From an uncultured bacterium (lineage in GTDB: Bacteria > Lernaellota > Lernaellaia > Lernaellales > Lernaellaceae), in contig CAZHPN010000110.1 in NCBI GenBank assembly GCA_964534375.1, positions 1 to 10,857 of the forward strand: DNA of 10,857 nt. The letters are read 5' to 3'. Below are positions 1 through 6,043 of the stretch, piece after piece. The stretch's first letter is position 1, and each line of letters begins with the position of its first letter. The translations under genes were made by a program, and so were the position numbers. The notes below the pieces were generated by a model that worked only from the letters and a program-made list of their open reading frames with translations, searched no databases and was not told where the DNA came from.

Positions 1-53
1 ATAACTACACTAATCTCTTTGGGGTTGGTGTCTCAAAGTCGTTGACACGCGCC
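1..53. mobile_element. Possible insertion-sequence end (candidate terminal inverted repeat)
   Basis: AT-richer segment carrying the in-frame stops. Reverse complement reads GGCGCGTGTCAACGACTTTGAGACACC, with an outward-facing TTGACA at 42-47, loosely like IS256-family ends. No transposase or second IR in the window. Confidence 0.25.
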
Positions 54-583
54 GTGAGGTTTACGCGGGCGCGGAAATCTATCACTACAATGGCGCCGAT
101 TGGGCGCCCATGTACGGCGACAACGAAGGCGATATTTCGCTCTGGAGCATCTGGGGATCGTCGGCATCCGATGTTTACGTGGTGGGTTCGGCAACGCCGG
201 AACCCGGACGCTACGATTCGTACGTTTTGCATTTCGACGGGGTCCAGTGGACAACGGTTCCGGTCCCGGCATACGGCGCCACCGGATTCGATTTTGTCTG
301 GGGCGCATCGGCGAGTGACGTATATCTGGAAGGCGGAAACAACACCGAGACGGTTCTTTTGCATTACGATGGGTCGCAATGGATTCAATTTGGGATCGAC
401 GGGATTCTCGGATTTGGCGGACTGTGGGGCGCCTCCGGCGACGACGTCTTTGCCTCGGGATACACCGTCGAAGGCGGAGATTATCCCGGCGCGCTGATAC
501 ACCTCAATGGGACTTCTGGGGTGCGCTTGGAAACAGCGCTGGGTCTGAGGGAGCTGGGCGGCGTGTGGGGATTCCGGCGCTAA
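14..583 (+). pseudogene. C-terminal fragment of a WG-repeat (beta-propeller-like) protein, probably 5'-truncated
   Basis: Frame of ORF 110..583 has repeats SIWGSSASDVYVVG...VLHFDGVQW, FVWGASASDVYLEG...LLHYDGSQW, GLWGASGDDVFASG...LIHLNG and a terminal GVWG. Repeat similarity continues upstream of ATG110 (EVYAGAEIYHYNGADW), but in-frame TAA stops lie at 2-4 and 11-13. No RBS before ATG110 and no signal peptide. Confidence 0.6.
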
Positions 584-645
584 CGACCCCTGCCGCCCGA
601 TTCGTCCTCGATGATCTGGCCGTCCATTTTCCGTCCGCTCTCCCC

Positions 646-674
646 TTTCATCGCCGCGCCGATAATGCTAGAAG
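646..674 (+). promoter_or_regulatory. Possible sigma70-type promoter for the DHH gene
   Basis: TTTCAT (646-651), 17 nt, TAGAAG (669-674) with TG at 666-667; alternative -10 GATAAT at 661-666. Weak matches. Confidence 0.25.
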
Positions 675-700
675 TCAACGCTCGCAGAAGGGAGCGACGG

Positions 701-1678
701 ATGAGCAACGGCCCGCAAATCGTATCGCACGGCGACTTCGACGGCATCGTTTCGTCGTCGCTCGTCGGCCTCTGGACGAAAATCACGTTCGTGTTTTTCA
801 CGGGGCCGGAGACCGTGCGCGGCAACCAGATGGGGCCGAAGGACGTCGTCTGCGACCTGCCGCACCCGGCGCGCGAGGTGCGGGCCTGGTTCGACCACCA
901 CCCCGGCAACATCGAGGAAGCGCGGGCGATGGGCTGGTCGGCCGGCGAAGGCGCGGCCTACGAGGCCCCGTCGGCGGCGCGGGTGATCTTCGACCACCTC
1001 AAGGACAAGACGACGTTTCCGCCGTTCATGGCGCAAACGGTCGAAGCGGCCGACCGCGTCGACTCGATGGCCTACGCCACGATCGACGAATGGCTCGCCG
1101 AAACGCCCGAGAACATCGTCAACAACACGATTTTCCTGCCCGGCGAGGAACTGCGCGAGGCGCGGCGCTACCTGTGGCGGCTGGTGACCGATCTGCAAGA
1201 GCACTCGCTCGACGAGATCGTCGATTTCCCCGAGGTGCTCGAACGCCATCAGCGGACGCAGGAGCACGCGCACCGGGCCGCCGAGACGATCGCCAAGGTC
1301 GGCACGTTGGCCGCCGGCGGCGAAATCTGCGTGCTGGACTTTTCCGAAATGAAAGTGACGCCGCGCTTTTCGAAAAACCTCGCCTACACCGTGTTTCCGC
1401 AGGCGTCGGCGGTGCTGTCGATCTCGCCGGTGGTGATGGGCGGGCGGCGCACGAACGACCTGCGCCTGAGCCTCTCGCTCAACCCGTTCCTCGGCGGGCG
1501 CAACATGTTTCACAACTGCGCCGCGATCCTCGACCAACTGCAACTCGGCGGCGGCCACGCCGCGGCGGCCGGCGGCAAGATCACTTCGGCCAGCAAGGAA
1601 GAGCGGTTGCGGGAGAAAGCGCGCGTCGTCGAAGACATCGCTCGCTTGTGGCTTAAACAAACCGTGGCCAACTCCTAG
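701..1678 (+). CDS. DHH-family phosphoesterase with C-terminal DHHA1-type motif (NrnA/NrnB/exopolyphosphatase-like)
   Basis: Motifs HGDFDG, CDLP, FDHH, SAARV and GGGHAAAAG. Start moved from 611 to ATG701 because GGAG lies at 691-694 and motif I follows immediately. Confidence 0.88.
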   Translation: MSNGPQIVSHGDFDGIVSSSLVGLWTKITFVFFTGPETVRGNQMGPKDVVCDLPHPAREVRAWFDHHPGNIEEARAMGWSAGEGAAYEAPSAARVIFDHLKDKTTFPPFMAQTVEAADRVDSMAYATIDEWLAETPENIVNNTIFLPGEELREARRYLWRLVTDLQEHSLDEIVDFPEVLERHQRTQEHAHRAAETIAKVGTLAAGGEICVLDFSEMKVTPRFSKNLAYTVFPQASAVLSISPVVMGGRRTNDLRLSLSLNPFLGGRNMFHNCAAILDQLQLGGGHAAAAGGKITSASKEERLREKARVVEDIARLWLKQTVANS

Positions 1679-1691
1679 CGGATAGCGAAGA

Positions 1692-1788
1692 CCTGGGAAC
1701 CATGGGAAGCATGGGAATTCTGGGAATCATGGGGCGCCGGAAGTGGGGCGACGCTCAGAACTCCCAGAGATGCCAGAATTCCCAGATT
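1692..1788. repeat. Two mutually inverted arrays of 9-bp tandem repeats between convergent genes
   Basis: cctgggaac/catgggaag/catgggaat/tctgggaat/catggggcg (1692-1736) and gctcagaac/tcccagaga/tgccagaat/tcccagatt (1753-1788). Perfect 12-bp inverted pair tgggaattctgg (1712-1723) / ccagaattccca (1773-1784). Confidence 0.85.
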
Positions 1789-1843
1789 CGTGGCCCCGAA
1801 CCTGACCCGCGCGAAGAATTTCTCTAATCTCTGAACTCGCCGG

Positions 1844-2650
1844 CTACGGCGCCGGCGTGACGGCGGTGGGGGCGTTTGGGCCCGCGGGAGCGGGGGTCTG
1901 ACCCTCAACCGGGACGGGCGCGCCTGCCGCGGCCGGCGGCTGACCACCGAGCGGGACGGCCGCGCCGCCGGGCGCGGGCGATGATTGGCGGGTGTCCGCT
2001 TTGACGTTCGGCTGCGGGGGCGGCTCCAGAAGTTTGTTCAGCCGCTCCGTGGCCTGCGGGTTGTTTTCCACTTTGGCCAACGCGTCGCGCACCAGTCGTT
2101 CGGAGATGTCCGTGACGTTGAGTTGCTGGAACAATTCGCGCATGCGGCCCACCGCGTTGGTGACCTGCAAGTCCTCCGGATAGCGTTTTACGAACTCGAT
2201 GTACAGATTGAGCGCCTCGTCGGGTTTGTTCTCCATGTAGCGGTAGGTGGCGGCCATCGCCAGCATCGCTTTGCGGGCCTGCGGCGAGTCGGGAAACGAC
2301 TTCACCACTTGTTCGAGCGTCGCCATGCCCGACAGATCGCCCGTGCGCAGCAGCTTCGTACCGGCGTCGAAGAGCGCTTGCTGTTGCGCGTAGGGGTTCT
2401 CGGCGGCCGGTTCCGAAACCGGCGCGGCGGCGCGGGAGCCGACCGAGACTGGCGTGGTCGCGGCGGTCGGCGACCGGCCAAAAAGAACATGCGCGCACGA
2501 AATGGCGGCCCAGAGACAGGCGCCGACGGTGACGCCCCAGACGACGATCCGTCGAGCCCAGACCGCGGCGCCCGCCGGGGGGCGCGTCGACGGCGCGAAA
2601 ATCGGGATCCGAAAGCGCTTTTGACGCCGATTGTCGAATTCGTTCGGCAT
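1844..2650 (-). CDS. Single-pass membrane protein with TPR repeats (BamD/CpoB-like TPR_6 type) and Pro/Ala-rich tail
   Basis: Basic N-terminus, hydrophobic helix IVVWGVTVGACLWAAISCAHVLFG, then TPR pair ALFDAG...LEQVVKSFPDSPQARKAMLAMAATY...DEALNLYIEFVKRYPED. Start set at ATG2650 because the extension to 2758 runs through the AT-richer promoter region. Confidence 0.75.
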   Translation of the reverse strand: MPNEFDNRRQKRFRIPIFAPSTRPPAGAAVWARRIVVWGVTVGACLWAAISCAHVLFGRSPTAATTPVSVGSRAAAPVSEPAAENPYAQQQALFDAGTKLLRTGDLSGMATLEQVVKSFPDSPQARKAMLAMAATYRYMENKPDEALNLYIEFVKRYPEDLQVTNAVGRMRELFQQLNVTDISERLVRDALAKVENNPQATERLNKLLEPPPQPNVKADTRQSSPAPGGAAVPLGGQPPAAAGAPVPVEGQTPAPAGPNAPTAVTPAP

Positions 2651-2656
2651 GACGCA

Positions 2657-2686
2657 AGACTGGGACAGAAACGGGGCGCCTGTCAA
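2657..2686 (-). promoter_or_regulatory. Putative sigma70-type promoter of the TPR gene (possibly leaderless)
   Basis: Minus strand TTGACA (2686-2681), 18 nt, CAGTCT (2662-2657), 6 nt, ATG2650. No SD before the ATG. Confidence 0.5.
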
Positions 2687-2751
2687 GCAAGACCTTGCAT
2701 TTTCACGCGTTTTCTTCGGGTGTGGAATTCGCCCGCTTGCGGTCAGCTTTC

Positions 2752-2780
2752 TTGACACGCTTCCGGTTTGTACTTAGTCT
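2752..2780 (+). promoter_or_regulatory. sigma70-type promoter of the large signalling gene
   Basis: Perfect TTGACA (2752-2757), 17 nt, TAGTCT (2775-2780) in an AT-rich intergenic region. Confidence 0.75.
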
Positions 2781-2821
2781 AAATTTTGCGGGACGTAAGA
2801 AGGGACAAAAGGTTATTTGGT

Positions 2822-5800
2822 TTGGGAAAAATCCTCCTTGTCGTTAACAATCGTGCGGAACTCCGCCGTCTTGCCGGCGGGTTCGAAGAAAAAGGTCATG
2901 CCGTCATTGCGGCGTCTGACGGCCTGAGCGGTTTCGAAGTCTTTGAAGAGCAACGGCCGGACGCGATCGTCATCGACATTTTGATCCCTAAATTGCCGGG
3001 CGGCGAGTTGTGCCGGCGGATCAAGGCCGATTCGCGCGGCCGAACAACCCCGGTGGTCGTGCTGAGCGGGCTGTTCAAAAAGACCGACATGGCCGAACGC
3101 GCGCTCAGCCAATGGCACGCGGATCGCTATTTTCAGTCCCCCGTCGACCCGAACGAATTGGCGGCGGTGGTCGAACAACTGATCGGCGCACCGTCCGCGA
3201 CGCCGCAGCCGAATCTCGACGCGGCGCCGCCGCTCGAACCGCCGACCCCGCGACAACCCGAAGCGCCGGCCCTGCGACGGCCTGACCCGCCGCCGCCAGC
3301 GCTCCCCAACGCGGCGGACTTCGCTCAGGAGATGATGCGCGCGAGCGACCCGGCGACGAACGACGCGCCGCGGCCGACGCCGCCCGCCGCCGCGCGGCGC
3401 GTCGCGACGCCCGCGGCGATGGCGCCGCAACCCGCGGAGCCGGAACTGGAACTGGAAATCGAGGACGAGGCGGAACTGGACGATCTGGAGGCGGCGATCG
3501 CACGGGCCGTAGCCGAGTTGGCGCGTCACGACATGCTCGACCGGTCGCCGCGCGTCGCCCGCATCAACGAAGACCTCGATGCGTCGCGGTCCGGCGACGA
3601 CCGCGACCCGCTGGCGGCGTTGCTGGCCGAGTTGGACGGCGAGACGTCGCCCCCCGAGCCGGCGGATTATCCGTGCGAGGTCCCGGAAGAACAGACCGAA
3701 ATTGGGTCGGAAGGGCGACTGTCGAACGTCAGCGTGCCGGAGTTGCTGGCGCACCTGCACTACGAGAGAAAGACGGGCATTCTGGAACTGACGTCGCGCG
3801 GGGCGCTGAAGCAGGTTTATTTCGACGAGGGCCGGGCGGTTTTCGTGGAAAGCGAAAGCCGGCAGGAGAGCCTGGGCCAGATCCTGGTGCGCCACGGCGT
3901 CATCACCGAAGAGCACGCGATGCTGTCGCTGGCCAACATGGCGACGTACGGCACGCGGCAGGGCGGCGCCCTGGTGCAGATGGGCATTCTCAACCCGATG
4001 CAGATTTACCAGGCATTGCGCATGCAGATGCGGGAGAAGCTGCTCGCGGTTTTTCAGTGGTTCGAGGGGCGGTATTACTTCGACGAGGGCCCCTTCGACA
4101 AGACCAACCTGACGATGTTCGAATTGCCGATGCCGCGGCTGATTCTCGACGGCATTCTCAGCGCCTACGCCGCGGAGTCGGTCGTCGACATGTTTTCCGA
4201 GGTGCTCGACCAGCCGATCATCCCCTCGTGCATGCTGCCGCTCGACCGCAAGACGGCGGATCTGCCCGACGAAGTGTGGAAGCTCTTTTCGATCATGGAC
4301 GGCGAACGGACGATCGCCGAGGTCGCCGCCGAGTCGCCCGCGGACGCCGATCGCACTTTCCTGTACCTGTACGCGATGCTGATCCTGCGCATGTTCGACC
4401 GCCGGCGCGAAGACGAAACGGCGGCCCCGGAGGCGCCGACGCCCGCGCCGCTGCCGCGCCGCATCCCGCAGGCCGCGCCGGTCGCGGCGGCCCCGCCCGG
4501 CAGAGCCGCGGCAGGCCGGCAACCGGCCGCCGCCAACGCCGCGCGCAATGCGGCCGCGCCGTTGCGCGCGCCGGCCCCGCCCGCGCGCGCAACCCCGCCA
4601 GCCGGCCGCGCCGTCGCCCCGCCGGCCCGGGCGACAGCGTCGCCAGCGCGCGCCAACATAGCGCCCGTTCGGACGATGGCGGCGCGTGAGGCGCTGGTGG
4701 ACATCGACGCGGCGGCGTCGGACGACGATGTGCTCGTGTTCGCCGATCTTCCGCCCGAGGAAGGAGCCCCGTCGCCCGGCGCGAACCCAGAGGCCGACGA
4801 CGAATTGATCGTGTTCGCCGATCTTCCGCCCGGCGAACGGGCCCCGGCCGCCAATCCGACCCCCGCGTCCGACGACGAATTTCGCTTCGAATTCGAAGAC
4901 GACCCGGGGGCCGCCCCGCCGGAAAACGGCGATCTCGTCACGCTCGTAGACGACGAAGCGCCTCAATTCCGCGCAGACGCGCAAGCGGAGCATCCGGAAC
5001 AACCGGAGCCGGCGACCGAGCTGATGCCCATCGACGAGGAACCGCCCTCCGCGCCGGAGCAAGACGAGGAGTTGGCGCGCCAGGTCGTCGAGATGTATTT
5101 GAAGCTCGATGGCGGCAATTACTACGAACTGCTGGCCGTGCCGCGCGAAGCCGACGATTTGACGCTCAAACTGTCTTTCCACAATCTCATGAAGGTTTTC
5201 CATGAGGACAAAGTCCGCGGCCGGCTCGACGCCGAGATGACGGAGAAGGCCGAACGCGTTTCGCAGGCCGTGACCCTGGCGTACGAGACGCTCTCCAGCC
5301 CGAAGCGGCGCGCGGAATACGACCGCCGCCTCACCGGCGAAGGCGGCGAACTGAAGGAACGGCGCATCACGACGATCCTGGCGGCGGAGCGCGCCTTCAA
5401 CCAGGGCATGACGGCCCTGCGCCGCCAGAAATACCAGGAAGCGGAAAAAGCGTTTGTGGAAGCCTGCGAGATGTTTCCCGAGGAAGGCGAGTATCACGCC
5501 TATCTGGGGTGGGCGCGGTTCAATAATCCGCAGCGCCATTCGGCCGAGCGCATGGCGATGGCCCGCGATTCCATCGAACGCGCGTTGCGCCTCAACCCCA
5601 AAGGCGACAAGGCGTATTTCTTCTTCGGCAAACTGCTGTTGGCGCACGGCAGCCGCGACAAAGCGCGGCAGATGTTCGCCCTGGCGTTTCGCTACAACAA
5701 AAACAACGAAGAGGCGAAGACCGAGCTTCGCCGCCTGCAAAGCGAACGCGAACGCGAACGCGCCGAGATCGAGGCCCACGCCGAAAAAGGCGGGATCTCG

Positions 5801-5866
5801 AACGTGCTGAAGAAGGATGTCGATTTCGACACCGTCAAACGCGCCGTGAAAAAGTTGTTCTCCTGA
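2822..5866 (+). CDS. Multidomain protein: atypical receiver, Pro/acidic linker, DUF4388-like domain with MshEN-like insert, Pro/Ala/acidic linker, J-like domain, TPR repeats
   Basis: REC fold KILLVVNN...PDAIVIDILIPKLPGGELCRRIK...PVVVLSG...YFQSPVD. DUF4388-type GRLSNVSVPELL...KTGILEL...VYFDEG...FQWFEGRYYF (~3710-4160). J-domain NYYELLAV...FHED...AYETLSSPKRRAEYD (5117-5323). TPRs ~5380-5750. Likely start TTG2822 with AAGGT at 2809-2813; the ORF track start 2786 lies only 5 nt past the -10 box. Confidence 0.88.
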   Translation: MGKILLVVNNRAELRRLAGGFEEKGHAVIAASDGLSGFEVFEEQRPDAIVIDILIPKLPGGELCRRIKADSRGRTTPVVVLSGLFKKTDMAERALSQWHADRYFQSPVDPNELAAVVEQLIGAPSATPQPNLDAAPPLEPPTPRQPEAPALRRPDPPPPALPNAADFAQEMMRASDPATNDAPRPTPPAAARRVATPAAMAPQPAEPELELEIEDEAELDDLEAAIARAVAELARHDMLDRSPRVARINEDLDASRSGDDRDPLAALLAELDGETSPPEPADYPCEVPEEQTEIGSEGRLSNVSVPELLAHLHYERKTGILELTSRGALKQVYFDEGRAVFVESESRQESLGQILVRHGVITEEHAMLSLANMATYGTRQGGALVQMGILNPMQIYQALRMQMREKLLAVFQWFEGRYYFDEGPFDKTNLTMFELPMPRLILDGILSAYAAESVVDMFSEVLDQPIIPSCMLPLDRKTADLPDEVWKLFSIMDGERTIAEVAAESPADADRTFLYLYAMLILRMFDRRREDETAAPEAPTPAPLPRRIPQAAPVAAAPPGRAAAGRQPAAANAARNAAAPLRAPAPPARATPPAGRAVAPPARATASPARANIAPVRTMAAREALVDIDAAASDDDVLVFADLPPEEGAPSPGANPEADDELIVFADLPPGERAPAANPTPASDDEFRFEFEDDPGAAPPENGDLVTLVDDEAPQFRADAQAEHPEQPEPATELMPIDEEPPSAPEQDEELARQVVEMYLKLDGGNYYELLAVPREADDLTLKLSFHNLMKVFHEDKVRGRLDAEMTEKAERVSQAVTLAYETLSSPKRRAEYDRRLTGEGGELKERRITTILAAERAFNQGMTALRRQKYQEAEKAFVEACEMFPEEGEYHAYLGWARFNNPQRHSAERMAMARDSIERALRLNPKGDKAYFFFGKLLLAHGSRDKARQMFALAFRYNKNNEEAKTELRRLQSERERERAEIEAHAEKGGISNVLKKDVDFDTVKRAVKKLFS
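4721..4900 (+). repeat. Intragenic 75-bp (25-aa) tandem repeat, two good copies plus one partial degenerate copy
   Basis: Units start gacgac at 4721, 4796 and 4871 (DDDVLVFADLPP / DDELIVFADLPP / DDEFRFEFEDDP). Exact 24-bp direct repeat tcgtgttcgccgatcttccgcccg at 4734-4757 and 4809-4832. Confidence 0.85.
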
Positions 5867-5929
5867 CCCCTCGGCCGGCTCGTACCGTCGCCGGTTGCCT
5901 TTTGCGTCTCGGGCGCCAATACCGGCGCA

Positions 5930-5964
5930 ACTCGTCATTCGTAACTCGTCACTCGTCACTCTCC
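5930..5964. repeat. 7-bp tandem repeat array (ACTCGTC, five imperfect copies)
   Basis: actcgtc attcgta actcgtc actcgtc actctcc, intergenic. Confidence 0.85.
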
Positions 5965-5981
5965 TGGCGCGCCTTTTCCTT

Positions 5982-6010
5982 TTGACGACGCCAACCACGA
6001 TTGGTACTCT
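5982..6010 (+). promoter_or_regulatory. sigma70-type promoter with extended -10
   Basis: TTGACG (5982-5987), 17 nt, TACTCT (6005-6010) preceded by TG at 6002-6003. Confidence 0.65.
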
Positions 6011-6043
6011 GTCGTCGAGCAACCGCTGGCGAGGCGCGCCCCC

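Noticed and set aside
379..1660. Overlapping ORFs 379..1656 (+), 668..1660 (-), 580..912 (-)
   Set aside because: Alternative frames over the DHH gene, which holds all the conserved motifs.
1675..1947. 90-aa minus ORF across the 9-mer repeats
   Set aside because: Overlaps the TPR gene in another frame, and its sequence is a translation of the repeat array.
1844..2650. Naming the TPR protein bamD or cpoB
   Set aside because: Only about two TPRs, an N-terminal TM anchor rather than a clear lipobox or coiled coil, and no tol-pal or bam context.
4430..4660. Pro/Ala/Arg low-complexity repeats (PPARAT twice)
   Set aside because: Ordinary disordered linker without a regular DNA period.
4734..4832. 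24-bp direct repeat considered as CRISPR repeat or att site
   Set aside because: Only two copies, in frame inside a CDS with a 75-bp period, encoding a peptide repeat; no cas or integrase genes.
5873..5904. Intrinsic terminator after the large gene (gccggc...gccggt, then ttttg)
   Set aside because: Short stem, 10-nt loop and a separated 4-T tract; not distinguishable from chance in GC-rich DNA.
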